64,000 nucleotides of DNA, from positions 1 to 64,000 of the IMG/VR virus record IMGVR_UViG_3300023178_000030. One strand, written 5' to 3'. This DNA is from a virus. This document shows positions 19,268 to 29,330 of the stretch, one piece after another (within the stretch, counting starts at the first letter, position 1; every line of letters starts with the position of its first letter). The notes beneath the pieces are model-generated. The model saw nothing but the letters and a program-made list of their open reading frames with translations, was not told the DNA's origin and ran no database searches. A program made the position numbers and the translations under genes.

Positions 19268-21615
19268 AGGTAACAAAAGACCGAGCTATACAAAGATTTC
19301 AACAGAATCATCCTAAAACAAAAGACTATGATGCGTTTGTAAAAACTCAAGGTGCATCATTACAAAAAAAGTTACAGAAGATGGTTGATTTTGCAATGAA
19401 GATTCCAAATAAGAAAAATCAAGCAAAATACATTGATAACGAGGTTCGTGATATAGAAAGAGAATTAATTAAAAACTACGAAAAACAAATGAAAAAAGAA
19501 GAAGTTGTTTTAAAAACATTTAAAGATTTAAGGGAAGAAAAAAAGAAAACAGCTGTGTTTACTTTTGGTAGATTTAATCCACCAACAATAGGTCATGAAA
19601 AACTTATTGATAAAGTTTCTAAAGTTGCAGGTAGTAATTCTTATTTCATTTATCCATCTCATTCACAGAATACAAAGAAAGACCCATTACCACAATCTTT
19701 AAAGATTGCATATATGAGAAGTATGTTTCCAAAACACGCAAAGAAAATTATTGCAGGAACAGAAAAGAATGTATTTGACATTGCAGTATCTTTATACAAT
19801 AAAGGATTTACTGATATAGAAATGGTTGTAGGTTCAGATAGAATTAGAGAATTCAATAAGATATTAACAAAGTACAATGATGTACAAGGTAGACATGGAT
19901 TTTATAATTTCAAAACTATTACTGTAACTTCTGCTGGTGATAGAGACCCTGATGCAGATGGTGTAACAGGTATGTCTGCATCTAAAATGAGAGGTGCAGC
20001 TTTATCAAATGATTTTGAAACATTTAAATCTGGATTACCAAAAACATTTGGTCATGCACAGAAAATGTTTAAAGACATTCGTAAGTATATGAAAGTTGTA
20101 GAATCATTTAATACAATTTCACCTACATTAACTGAAGAAGATGTTATAAGAGATATGTATTTAGAAAATAAAATCTTTAACATTGGTGATATAGTTGAAG
20201 ATGTTTATACTGGAGTTTCTGGTGAGATAATTCGTAGAGGAACAAACTATCTTGTATTTGCAGAAGAAGATGGAACATCACACAAGAAATGGTTATTTGA
20301 AATACAACTAAAAGAAGATTGTTGGCCTGGTTACAAACAAGTTGGAATGAAAGATAAGAATGGAAAGAAAGTTCCTAATTGTGTTCCAGTAGGTGAAAAG
20401 AATGTAAAACAAGATAAAGATGTAAAAGATAAAGAAGGAACACAACCTGCAAAGTATTTTGCAAAAGATGCTGATGGTGATGAAATGTCAAAGTCTACAA
20501 AAGACAAAAGAGATGCACATTTCAAAAAAGGTGCAAGTAAGTCTGATGATGACCCAAGTGCATACAAACCAGCGCCTGGTGATAAGGGTGCAAAAACTAA
20601 ATTATCAAAATACACAAAAGCAATGAAAAAGAAGTATCCTGATTTATATAAAGAATCTGCTGATTCTTCACTAAAAAAGAAAGCAGAAAAGTCTGGAATA
20701 TCTTTCTCAATATTAAAGAAAGTTTACAATCGTGGTGTTGCGGCTTGGAGAACAGGTCACAGACCAGGTACTACTCCTCAACAATGGGGTCATGCAAGAG
20801 TTAATTCTTTTATGACTGGTGGTAAAACTCGTTCAACTGCTGATAAAGATTTATGGCAACAACACAAAGGTAAGAGCGAAGAAGTTAATACTGCTGATGC
20901 AATGAAAAGATACAAGTCTGGTAAAGCAGGATTTACTGACATTGCACATTTAAAAGCAAAAGGTTTAATTAAAAGAAGTGATGGAACAAAAAAGAAATCA
21001 GACAAATATGAAGATGGTGGTGCAGGTGATTGGGGAACTGATAAACTTGCAAACAAATATAAAAAAGATACGCCTGGTCAATCTGTAAAATCATTTACAG
21101 AGTTTCGTTCATCATGTTGTGAAGATTGCGAACAAGAATCTGATTTAATTGAATCAAATATTTACAGAGTTGGTTCTCAAAAGTATTTTGAATACTTTTT
21201 GGAAAAGAAAAAACTATACAAAGAAAATAAATTAAAAGTCGATAACAAATTTGACATTGAACTATTAGAAGGTGATATTGGTGAATATGCAGAATATGAA
21301 GGTAAAAATGTTGCATTAGATACACCAATGTTTGAAGAAGATGATGTTGAATTAAATAAACCTAAAAGGGGTGGCCCTAAAAAATATTATGTTTATGTGA
21401 AAGACCCATCAACAGGTAATGTTAAAAAAGTTACTTGGGGTGATACAACAGGACTTAAAGTTAAATTAAACGACCCTGAAGCAAGAAAAAGTTTTGCAGC
21501 TAGACATAAGTGTGATACTAGAACAGACAAAACTAAAGCATCATATTGGGCGTGTAGATTACCAAGATATGCAAAACAACTAGGTTTATCAGGCGGAGGA
21601 AACTTTTTTTGGTAG
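19264..21615 (+). CDS. Cytidyltransferase-like (HxGH nucleotidyltransferase) multidomain protein
   Basis: FGRFNPPTIGH, VVGSDR, MSASKMR, followed by several small modules (CWPGYKQVG...PNCVP; VYNRGVAAW; RKSFAARHKC). Confidence 0.8.
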   Translation: MKVTKDRAIQRFQQNHPKTKDYDAFVKTQGASLQKKLQKMVDFAMKIPNKKNQAKYIDNEVRDIERELIKNYEKQMKKEEVVLKTFKDLREEKKKTAVFTFGRFNPPTIGHEKLIDKVSKVAGSNSYFIYPSHSQNTKKDPLPQSLKIAYMRSMFPKHAKKIIAGTEKNVFDIAVSLYNKGFTDIEMVVGSDRIREFNKILTKYNDVQGRHGFYNFKTITVTSAGDRDPDADGVTGMSASKMRGAALSNDFETFKSGLPKTFGHAQKMFKDIRKYMKVVESFNTISPTLTEEDVIRDMYLENKIFNIGDIVEDVYTGVSGEIIRRGTNYLVFAEEDGTSHKKWLFEIQLKEDCWPGYKQVGMKDKNGKKVPNCVPVGEKNVKQDKDVKDKEGTQPAKYFAKDADGDEMSKSTKDKRDAHFKKGASKSDDDPSAYKPAPGDKGAKTKLSKYTKAMKKKYPDLYKESADSSLKKKAEKSGISFSILKKVYNRGVAAWRTGHRPGTTPQQWGHARVNSFMTGGKTRSTADKDLWQQHKGKSEEVNTADAMKRYKSGKAGFTDIAHLKAKGLIKRSDGTKKKSDKYEDGGAGDWGTDKLANKYKKDTPGQSVKSFTEFRSSCCEDCEQESDLIESNIYRVGSQKYFEYFLEKKKLYKENKLKVDNKFDIELLEGDIGEYAEYEGKNVALDTPMFEEDDVELNKPKRGGPKKYYVYVKDPSTGNVKKVTWGDTTGLKVKLNDPEARKSFAARHKCDTRTDKTKASYWACRLPRYAKQLGLSGGGNFFW

Positions 21616-21890
21616 AGATATACAAAGATGATAAAAAACCAGAGAACGATTATTTCATTAGAACATTTAAACAAACTTGTAGTGAATATGATCTTGTCTG
21701 GCATAGAGATAAAAAAGACAGAGATATTATTGTTCTTGAAGGAGAAGGTTGGAGTCTGCAAAAAGAAGATGAAGATCCTATCGAGCTCGTTAAAGAAAAC
21801 TTATATCAAGTTAAAGCATATCAGTTTCATAGACTGTTAAAAGGAACTACTGATTTAAAACTTAAAATTTGGGAAAAAGAAAATGACTAG
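21609..21890 (+). CDS. Cupin-like hypothetical protein
   Basis: LVWHRD...FHRLLKG. Confidence 0.6.
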   Translation: MVEIYKDDKKPENDYFIRTFKQTCSEYDLVWHRDKKDRDIIVLEGEGWSLQKEDEDPIELVKENLYQVKAYQFHRLLKGTTDLKLKIWEKEND

Positions 21891-22290
21891 ATACACAAAA
21901 ACAATGGCAGAAACTTTACTAGAAGTAAAGAAAAAACAAGAAGCTATTGATGCAACAGATACTGGTGGAGAAGAAGAAGTTTCCATGGCAGTAAGACAAG
22001 TTAGTGCAATGCAACATTTTTTACAAGGTATAGAATCCAGAGTTAAAGAAACTGGTGATATGGAAGAATGGTTTCAAAACAAACTAACAAAAGCACATGA
22101 TTATTTAAAGACACTTTATGCTTATGGTAAAGGTGATATGCAAGAAAAATTAAAAGTATCAGATGGACTTGGTGCATGGATATCTGACTTTCAAAAATCT
22201 GATGCACCACAATTCGATAACAAAACACCAGAAGAAAAAAAGAAAATGGCAATAGCTGCTTATGTTTCGGCTGGCGGAAAATTAGACTAG
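21883..22290 (+). CDS. Hypothetical protein
   Basis: ORF coupled to neighbours; no recognised motif. Confidence 0.65.
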   Translation: MTRYTKTMAETLLEVKKKQEAIDATDTGGEEEVSMAVRQVSAMQHFLQGIESRVKETGDMEEWFQNKLTKAHDYLKTLYAYGKGDMQEKLKVSDGLGAWISDFQKSDAPQFDNKTPEEKKKMAIAAYVSAGGKLD

Positions 22291-22299
22291 GAGAACAAG

Positions 22300-23547
22300 A
22301 TGAAATATCTTAATACTAAAAAAGGCAGTCTTGAAGAAGCTATTGTTAAGACTGTTGCAAAAGAAAACAATTTTATCTATGCCGCTAAAATGGCAAAGAA
22401 AAATGGTGAAAAAACTTTTACTATTGGTGGTAAACAATATGATGTCGAAGAATTTTTAGAAGGCAAAGTAGAGTGTCCACAATGTAAAGGTGAAGGTTGC
22501 GATCATTGTGATAATAAAGGTTATCATATGTCAGAAGCAAAGATTTCTAAAAAAGAAGTTGCTGATTTAGAGAAAAATAACCAACATGGTGAACTTGCAT
22601 TAAAACTTGCAAAGTCTTTTGGAACTCCAAAAGAAGTAAAGAAGATTGAAGATATAAACAAAAGACATGACAAAGCAGGTTCTATTGATCCTAAAGATCA
22701 AAAAGAAAGAGATGCAATTGCTAAAAAATATTACAAGATGGTAGAACAGATTGATGAACAACCAAGACAATTGAAAGACCCTAAAAAAGAAGTTATGGTT
22801 GTTAAGAACAATAATGTAATTGTAATCGACAAAAAAGATTTAGCTTCTTACAAGAAAAAAGGTTATGAAGTTGCAGAAGATAACACTAATGATGTTTCTG
22901 ATGATGGTGATGGTATGGACAAAGTACAACCTAAAGCATTAAAGAAAAAATTCAAAGATAGAAAAGATAAAGATATTGACAATGATGGAGATGTTGATGA
23001 TTCTGATGAATATCTACACAAAAGAAGAAAAACAGTATCTAAAGCAATTGCAAAGGAGAATGTTATGAATACACCAGGTAAAGATGATTATGTTGTAGTA
23101 ATTCAAGGACCAGGCGATAATAAACAAAAAATTATTGCAGTTTTTAAAGGTAAAGCAGAATTAAACAAAGCTCAAAAATTTAAAAACGATTGGAACAAGA
23201 AAAACGCAGACAAAATCAAGAAGAATAAAAAAGGTCAACCTATTCCATCTCATATGGCAAGAGTTTATATGCATCCAGCAACTGCCACAATGAATGGTAA
23301 GCCTCATGTTCCCAAAGTTGGTAATAGTGCTTCATGGTCTGATTTTAGTGATAGACTTATTAAAGAAGAAAATGTAGTAATTTCTAGAGCTGCACAATTC
23401 CTTTCAAGAATGTGGAAAGAATCTTCAGTAAAGAAAGAAGAAGAAAATGATGATGAAAAAGAAGTGAAAAAGAATGGAAAAACTATGACAGGAAAACCAA
23501 TGTCTAACATTGAAGTTAATCCTAAAGATGAAAGTAAACATAAATAA
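22300..23547 (+). CDS. Modular hypothetical protein with Zn-ribbon and EF-hand-like segments
   Basis: CPQCKGEGCDHC; DIDNDGDVDDSDEY; SD AGGAG. Confidence 0.65.
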   Translation: MKYLNTKKGSLEEAIVKTVAKENNFIYAAKMAKKNGEKTFTIGGKQYDVEEFLEGKVECPQCKGEGCDHCDNKGYHMSEAKISKKEVADLEKNNQHGELALKLAKSFGTPKEVKKIEDINKRHDKAGSIDPKDQKERDAIAKKYYKMVEQIDEQPRQLKDPKKEVMVVKNNNVIVIDKKDLASYKKKGYEVAEDNTNDVSDDGDGMDKVQPKALKKKFKDRKDKDIDNDGDVDDSDEYLHKRRKTVSKAIAKENVMNTPGKDDYVVVIQGPGDNKQKIIAVFKGKAELNKAQKFKNDWNKKNADKIKKNKKGQPIPSHMARVYMHPATATMNGKPHVPKVGNSASWSDFSDRLIKEENVVISRAAQFLSRMWKESSVKKEEENDDEKEVKKNGKTMTGKPMSNIEVNPKDESKHK

Positions 23548-23571
23548 AGTATAACAACAAGGAGAAATACT

Positions 23572-23841
23572 ATGGCTTTATGGGGAACAACAGACCAGAC
23601 TGCTGATAAACCTTTGAATTTAACAAGTGCAGAAAAAACAGCAACTGCTGGAATTTCTACAACAGAGGTTGCAGTCGCAGCTAACAAAGCGAAGGGCGTT
23701 GCACACGCTGGGTGGGTAACAACTAGAACCTACACAGATAGTGCTGGACAAACTCGTAACAAAACTGAAGTTTTGGTTGCAATGTCATCTATCACTAGTG
23801 ATGATTCAGCAGATGATACAACAATCGGAGCTAATGCTTAA
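23572..23841 (+). CDS. Small probable virion protein
   Basis: MALWG...AHAGWV...EVLVAM; strong SD; A/T/S-rich. Confidence 0.6.
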   Translation: MALWGTTDQTADKPLNLTSAEKTATAGISTTEVAVAANKAKGVAHAGWVTTRTYTDSAGQTRNKTEVLVAMSSITSDDSADDTTIGANA

Positions 23842-23860
23842 TATATAAAGGAAAATAATT

Positions 23861-24115
23861 ATGCCAAATAATTCAAAAAGTTTGAAAATTGAAGATATCA
23901 ATAAACAAAAAGAAACTCTGCAATCTGACCTTGATAAAGTTCAAGGTCAGTTACAGAACATAGATAAAGCGAAAGTTCAATTGCAATCGCAGTTAGTTGC
24001 ACTTAACGGTGCATTACAACAATGTGATTTGTTTTTGCAACAATTAGGTGAGGCGAATCCCGCTAGTAGCATTCCTTCGCAAGACAATAATGCTGTAACT
24101 GAAGCATTGAGTTGA
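23861..24115 (+). CDS. Coiled-coil hypothetical protein
   Basis: Heptad repeat ending ALNGALQQCD. Confidence 0.6.
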   Translation: MPNNSKSLKIEDINKQKETLQSDLDKVQGQLQNIDKAKVQLQSQLVALNGALQQCDLFLQQLGEANPASSIPSQDNNAVTEALS

Positions 24116-24142
24116 AGGTTAACATTATAAGGAGAAGAAAAA

Positions 24143-24589
24143 ATGGCAGATAAAAAAATAACTGCACTATCAGATTTAGGAACAGGATTAGCAGGTGAAG
24201 ATTTACTTCATGTTATTGATGATCCTTCAGGTAATCCTGTAAACAAAAAAATTAGTGTTAATGATGTATTTCATAACATACCTACATGGATTGGTTTAGA
24301 TGGTACACCACAATCAATCACAGCAACAACTGGTGATGTAAATGTAACAACATCAATTACACATATTGACACTACTAGTGGTGCTCATTCAGGTGGTTTA
24401 CCAGATGGAAGTAATGGTCAAATTAAAATTATCACTATGATTACAGATGGTGGTGATTCAGTAATTACACCAACTTCACTCGCAAATGGTACTACAATTA
24501 CTTTTGAAGATGTAAATGATACAGTTACATTACTATTTACTAATTCTAATTGGGTTGTTCTTTCTAACAATGGAGCTACAGTCGCATAA
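24143..24589 (+). CDS. Probable virion structural / fibre-like protein
   Basis: MADKKITALSDL N-terminus; T/G/S-rich beta composition. Confidence 0.6.
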   Translation: MADKKITALSDLGTGLAGEDLLHVIDDPSGNPVNKKISVNDVFHNIPTWIGLDGTPQSITATTGDVNVTTSITHIDTTSGAHSGGLPDGSNGQIKIITMITDGGDSVITPTSLANGTTITFEDVNDTVTLLFTNSNWVVLSNNGATVA

Positions 24590-24741
24590 TGTGGCCTGAA
24601 TTGATAGAAGAAAGACCAGTAGAAAAATCATCTGAAGATGATGAAAAAAATATTGAAGCATGGCCTTTTCCTACAACAGAAAGTATGAAAAGGTCAAAAC
24701 TTCAACAAGAAAAACAGGATAATAAAAATGAAAAAGTTTAA
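24589..24741 (+). CDS. Small protein with AWPFPT motif (50 aa; not in ORF track)
   Basis: MWPELIEE...EAWPFPTTES...; TAATG coupling to the upstream gene. Confidence 0.55.
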   Translation: MWPELIEERPVEKSSEDDEKNIEAWPFPTTESMKRSKLQQEKQDNKNEKV

Positions 24742-25135
24742 AGACTATATTACTGAAAAATCATTAGATACTCAAAATGCAGTTGATGATGCTAGTTTCA
24801 ATAATGATTTAAGTAATCCAGATACAATTGTAAAGATTAATTCTTATCTTGCACAGTTAGGTAAAATGGAACATTTAGTTCCAGAAAATGCACTTAACAA
24901 ATTAAAAGACAAACTTGGTAGATTAAGTATTTCTTTTGAAGATGTTGAGTTAACTGGTAAGAGTGATACTTATGATTTACCTTTAACACAGTTTGGTGGT
25001 CGTTTTGGAAAAGACGAAGAAGGTGATATCAATGATGACGGTATTTCACACAAAGTAGAAGGTGGTTTAAAATTACAACTTAAACATGAAGTAACATCAG
25101 GAAACACACATTTCTTAATGGCAAAAATAGTTTAA
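24728..25135 (+). CDS. Hypothetical protein with capsid-targeting-like N-terminus
   Basis: MKKFKDYITE; QFGGRFGK. Confidence 0.6.
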   Translation: MKKFKDYITEKSLDTQNAVDDASFNNDLSNPDTIVKINSYLAQLGKMEHLVPENALNKLKDKLGRLSISFEDVELTGKSDTYDLPLTQFGGRFGKDEEGDINDDGISHKVEGGLKLQLKHEVTSGNTHFLMAKIV

Positions 25136-25151
25136 TTAGTTTTTTTATATT

Positions 25152-25514
25152 ATGTTTGAAAAAATAACGAATGATAATGTCATTCTTTATGCAATAAAAA
25201 ATTATGATAATCCACAATGTGAGGGTGAAATAGAGTTTCATGATGACATGAAACGATTTAAGTACATTAAAAGACTTATTCGTAAATATCATGAAACTGG
25301 TGAATTAAAAGAAAGATTGATTTTAAATCACATGATTGTCATTAATAATTTGTTTGGTATAGAAGCTTCAAGTACATTGTTACTGTTTAAAGTAGAAAAA
25401 CAATACTGGCATATTTTAAAGTCATTTATGGTATTTCTAAATATGTTACAGAAACATGAATTAGATGATATAGAAGAAGATAAAAAAATAACAGAGGTAT
25501 TAGAGAAACTATAA
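25152..25514 (+). CDS. Conserved T4-like hypothetical protein
   Basis: YDNPQC..EF.DD.KRFKYIKRL, ELKERLILNH. Confidence 0.75.
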   Translation: MFEKITNDNVILYAIKNYDNPQCEGEIEFHDDMKRFKYIKRLIRKYHETGELKERLILNHMIVINNLFGIEASSTLLLFKVEKQYWHILKSFMVFLNMLQKHELDDIEEDKKITEVLEKL

Positions 25515-26128
25515 TGGGAAGAGCGATAGACTTATTTGTAACTTACAGATTTATAAAGTTGTTAGTTACGCCTTTTGAAAAGACACCTGCATATAAGATG
25601 GGTATCATTGATAAAGAAGGTTACAGAACAGATAAGATACTTTATAAACAAGTAGAACAAGATGCTTATACTGTTCTACATAAACTTGTATTTAACATAA
25701 AAAGAATATTTGCAAAAGTTCCAGGCTTGAGAACAAAAGTAGGAACATATGCAGCTGCGTTGTTTTTATTGAAAGATACTTTCAAAGAACACATGGATGA
25801 CCCAAGAGTATTTGAAAAAGAATTTTTAAAATACTTAAAAGAAAAAAATATAGAATTAGATAATTCTATCGTAGAAGAAGTTACTCTAGACAATGGTAAA
25901 TTACCAAAAGGTTTATATAAACTTGTTAATGATGTTGTAATAACAAGTGAAGATGATAACGAGATTAGTGCATTAATTGGTGATGAAGTAGAAGCTTACG
26001 AAGATACTGCATCATCTGACACAATTATGGGAATAGATGTATTTCCAGTTATACACAGTAACACTAGACAAAAAATATATGTCAGTTCAGAAGATTTAGA
26101 AGAATTAGGAATAGGGGATATAAAATGA
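25514..26128 (+). CDS. Conserved T4-like hypothetical protein
   Basis: YRFIKLLVTPF..TPAY..GIID; YAAALFLLK. Confidence 0.75.
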   Translation: MGRAIDLFVTYRFIKLLVTPFEKTPAYKMGIIDKEGYRTDKILYKQVEQDAYTVLHKLVFNIKRIFAKVPGLRTKVGTYAAALFLLKDTFKEHMDDPRVFEKEFLKYLKEKNIELDNSIVEEVTLDNGKLPKGLYKLVNDVVITSEDDNEISALIGDEVEAYEDTASSDTIMGIDVFPVIHSNTRQKIYVSSEDLEELGIGDIK

Positions 26129-27297
26129 CAACATTCAAAGACATCATGCAAAAATATTATGATGACGAAAAACTAGGAATCAAAAAAGAAGATGCACCAG
26201 TAAATGCAACAGGTGTTGCAGTTGCAGGAACAGGTGATGATAGTTCAACAGTCGTTGTAAAAAAGAAAAAGAAAAATCCATATGATGGTAGAACAAGAGA
26301 AGCAAAAGCGTTCTTAAAAAGAATGACTGAACGACAATCAAAACTTAAAGAAGCAGTTGAGTTAGATGAGTTTAATAAAATGACTGTTACTGTGAATGAC
26401 CCTAATCAAAGAAAAAAAGTATTTGATGATTTAAAGAAACAAAAAAGATTAGATGTTTCTATGGGGCCTGGTAAGACTATCAAAGTAGATGGTAAAGGTA
26501 AAGCACTAAATCTTTTTGCAAAAGACATAATGAATTTTTATGATGCAGAAATCAGAGCAGAAGAAATAGAAGAAGATGCAAAGATGGCTAAACAGTCTGA
26601 TGACAATCTAAAGTCACTAATGAAAAAGTTTCGTGACATGGAAAAGAAAGACCCAAAGATGCCTTCTACACAGTTTATGATTAAAAGAATTGGTAAAGAA
26701 ATGAAAAAACGAGGACTGAAAGAACAAGACATGAGTAATATGTGTTGTAAACAATGTGGTGATATGTTTGGTAAACCAACTGCTGAAAGTTCTTGTCAAT
26801 ATGACGCATACGATCCAAGTGGTAAAAATTGGGTTGCAAAGAATGAGTATTATGAAAGTGTAGAATATTTCAATGAAGCAAAGAAAGAGTTTCATTTATT
26901 TGATAACGAAAAAGAAGCACAAGCTTTTGCAAAGAAGTCTGGTGGTAAACTTGTCAAAGGTGTCAACAAATCTAAAGGTAAATTTGCAGTCGTTATCGAA
27001 GAAGTAAAACCAAGTTTCATTGATAATATCAAAGAAAAAATGTCAACATACTCAAGTGACTTAATGTTAAATGAAAGTAACTTGAAGATTGTTCAAGATA
27101 TTGTTAAAAGAAAAAGTGCAAAGAATATTAAGTTTAAAGATGGTTCTCTGAAAGTTGATATGTTTACTGCATCTGCACTTTCACAAATTTATGATAAAGT
27201 AAATACAGACAATAAAAAGAAAATGGAAAAGATGATGAATGGTACAAAAGATCAGTTCATGAAACTTGCCAAATTTGCATTGTCTAAAGTAGGATAA
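26125..27297 (+). CDS. Modular hypothetical protein, probable capsid-internal
   Basis: MTTFKDIM start; EDAPVNATG; DGRTREAK; VDMFTASA. Confidence 0.6.
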   Translation: MTTFKDIMQKYYDDEKLGIKKEDAPVNATGVAVAGTGDDSSTVVVKKKKKNPYDGRTREAKAFLKRMTERQSKLKEAVELDEFNKMTVTVNDPNQRKKVFDDLKKQKRLDVSMGPGKTIKVDGKGKALNLFAKDIMNFYDAEIRAEEIEEDAKMAKQSDDNLKSLMKKFRDMEKKDPKMPSTQFMIKRIGKEMKKRGLKEQDMSNMCCKQCGDMFGKPTAESSCQYDAYDPSGKNWVAKNEYYESVEYFNEAKKEFHLFDNEKEAQAFAKKSGGKLVKGVNKSKGKFAVVIEEVKPSFIDNIKEKMSTYSSDLMLNESNLKIVQDIVKRKSAKNIKFKDGSLKVDMFTASALSQIYDKVNTDNKKKMEKMMNGTKDQFMKLAKFALSKVG

Positions 27298-27307
27298 GGA
27301 ATAGATT

Positions 27308-27628
27308 ATGACAAATGAAAAACTAGAAGTGCTAAAATTAGAGGCTATGTCATCTTTAAGACCAAATGGAGAATGGTCGTATTCTCCTGGCACAGGTTTT
27401 GTGTGGGGAGATGGTAATACTGAAACACAACCCACAGATGCAGAATTAGTTGCTGAAATATCTAACATTGAATATAGGATTCATAGACAAAGTAGATATC
27501 CTAAACCAGAGGAACAATTAGATATGTTATGGCACGCTATTGATTCTGGTACATTGGATAAAACTTGTGACTTTTATACAACTTTAAAAGCAATAAAAGA
27601 TAATTATCCAAAAGGATATACAGAATAA
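27308..27628 (+). CDS. Tail-fibre-assembly-like small protein
   Basis: YR..RQSRYP..EEQLDMLWH...IKDNYPK. Confidence 0.5.
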   Translation: MTNEKLEVLKLEAMSSLRPNGEWSYSPGTGFVWGDGNTETQPTDAELVAEISNIEYRIHRQSRYPKPEEQLDMLWHAIDSGTLDKTCDFYTTLKAIKDNYPKGYTE

Positions 27629-27849
27629 TGGCATATGTAACAGTACCAGGCTCAAATAATATATGGGAATATGATAATGCGGCTGTTAGAGCAGACACAT
27701 ATTCAGATTCACCAGGCACTATTACTGGTGGAGTAAGAAGTTATACCTCACCTAGAGGAGTAACAACACAAACTTATATTAAAGCGAGAAAAGTAGGTGA
27801 AACTATTGTTCGTGGTGAAATTAGTAAAACTTATTACGATAATCAATAA
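27628..27849 (+). CDS. Hypothetical protein
   Basis: Coupled ORF. Confidence 0.6.
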   Translation: MAYVTVPGSNNIWEYDNAAVRADTYSDSPGTITGGVRSYTSPRGVTTQTYIKARKVGETIVRGEISKTYYDNQ

Positions 27850-27851
27850 CT

Positions 27852-28190
27852 ATGGCATCTTATGTTATAAGAAATACAACTAGTGAATATGCTTTCAAAG
27901 TAATTAATCAAGCATCTTTCACAATAACACTTGCAGATACAGCATTGAACGCTGTAACTCCAACTGGTTTATATATTAGTAGATATTATATAACTATGAA
28001 TTCAGGTAATGATTATGTAGAAATTGGTAGAAATGGTACAGCAGTTTTGGAACTTCATGGAAATGAAGTTGTTAATTTAGCTGCAATTAAGTTTCCTCTT
28101 TATGAAGAATCAGGTTCAAGTGTAGTTGTTACACCATCTAATTCAGGACATAAATACACACTAATCATGGCATTAGGAAAAATAATTTAA
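27852..28190 (+). CDS. Hypothetical protein, possibly structural
   Basis: Beta-rich composition; coupled ORF. Confidence 0.55.
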   Translation: MASYVIRNTTSEYAFKVINQASFTITLADTALNAVTPTGLYISRYYITMNSGNDYVEIGRNGTAVLELHGNEVVNLAAIKFPLYEESGSSVVVTPSNSGHKYTLIMALGKII

Positions 28191-28342
28191 TGAAAACATT
28201 TAAAGAATTAAAAAAAGAAATATTAAAACAACAATCTTATAGTTATGCACTAGATACCTCTAAACCTATCGGAGATATTGTCGATAGAGATAGAGATGAG
28301 ATAAAATCTAGTGTCAAAAAGACTAAACGAAAGGCGAAATAA
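28190..28342 (+). CDS. Small basic protein (50 aa; not in ORF track)
   Basis: MKTFKELKKEIL...KKTKRKAK*; TAATG coupling. Confidence 0.55.
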   Translation: MKTFKELKKEILKQQSYSYALDTSKPIGDIVDRDRDEIKSSVKKTKRKAK

Positions 28343-28344
28343 TT

Positions 28345-28812
28345 ATGTTATCAATATTAGGTTCATTATTAGGTTTCGCAAGTTCGAGTGTTCCAGCTGT
28401 CACAGATTTGTTCGCAAAGAAAGGTGACAGGAAACATGAACTTGAGAAAATGAAACTTGCTGCTGAATTAAAAGCACAAGGTATGGATGTTGACATGAAA
28501 CAATACGAAGTCATGGGTGCAGATAAAGAACATGAGAGATTAATTGCTCATGATACTGCAATCATGCAATCAACAGGTTGGACTTCAGCACTTCAAAAGT
28601 CTGTAAGACCAATTATCACATATGCCTTTTTTGGTTTGTTCTCTGTAATTGAAGTAACTCTATTAATGAGTGCATTAGAAAATGGAACAGATTTCAGAGA
28701 AGCGATTCAATTATTATGGGATGAAGATACTAAAGCGATATTTGCAGCTATTATATCATTTTGGTTTGGGTCTCGAGCTGTAGAAAAAGCAAGACAAAAT
28801 TACAGAAAATAA
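28345..28812 (+). CDS. Holin-like membrane protein (GTA 3TM holin type)
   Basis: SVRPIITY and IISFWFGSR with hydrophobic segments. Confidence 0.6.
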   Translation: MLSILGSLLGFASSSVPAVTDLFAKKGDRKHELEKMKLAAELKAQGMDVDMKQYEVMGADKEHERLIAHDTAIMQSTGWTSALQKSVRPIITYAFFGLFSVIEVTLLMSALENGTDFREAIQLLWDEDTKAIFAAIISFWFGSRAVEKARQNYRK

Positions 28813-28856
28813 CAAACTGTGCATGATTCTTGCATCTTTCAATCAATGGTAATACT

Positions 28857-29297
28857 ATGGTAGATAAAAGTATAGAAACAGAAGTAGCGTTAATAAAAAA
28901 AGACATACATGATTTAAAATCAATTCATGTTCGTTTAGATAATGCTATTGAAAAAATTGCAGATGTTTCTAGTCAGTTACACACTATCATGGCTGTCCAT
29001 GAAGAAAAACTAGTAAAACAGGAAGAAGCATTGGAAGAACAAGAAAAAGAATTTAAAGCAACAGTTCAAGAGTTACACACTAGAATTACGAGCAATGCAA
29101 AAGAAACATCTGATAAAATGAGTTCTATGGAAAGAAGAATATTAGATATGTTGCATGAACATAATACTAGAGAATCTGAACAGTTTGTAAAGTTAAGAGA
29201 AGAATTACAGAACAGAGTAGGAATATTAGAAAAGTGGCGTCATCTAATTATTGGTGGTGCGATTGTAGTAGGTTTTTTATTACAGAAATTCTTATAA
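28857..29297 (+). CDS. Coiled-coil protein with C-terminal membrane anchor
   Basis: LAVHEEKL-type segment; RVGILEKWR followed by a hydrophobic tail. Confidence 0.65.
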   Translation: MVDKSIETEVALIKKDIHDLKSIHVRLDNAIEKIADVSSQLHTIMAVHEEKLVKQEEALEEQEKEFKATVQELHTRITSNAKETSDKMSSMERRILDMLHEHNTRESEQFVKLREELQNRVGILEKWRHLIIGGAIVVGFLLQKFL

Positions 29298-29330
29298 AGT
29301 TTGACAAAGATACACATTTAATGTATAATT

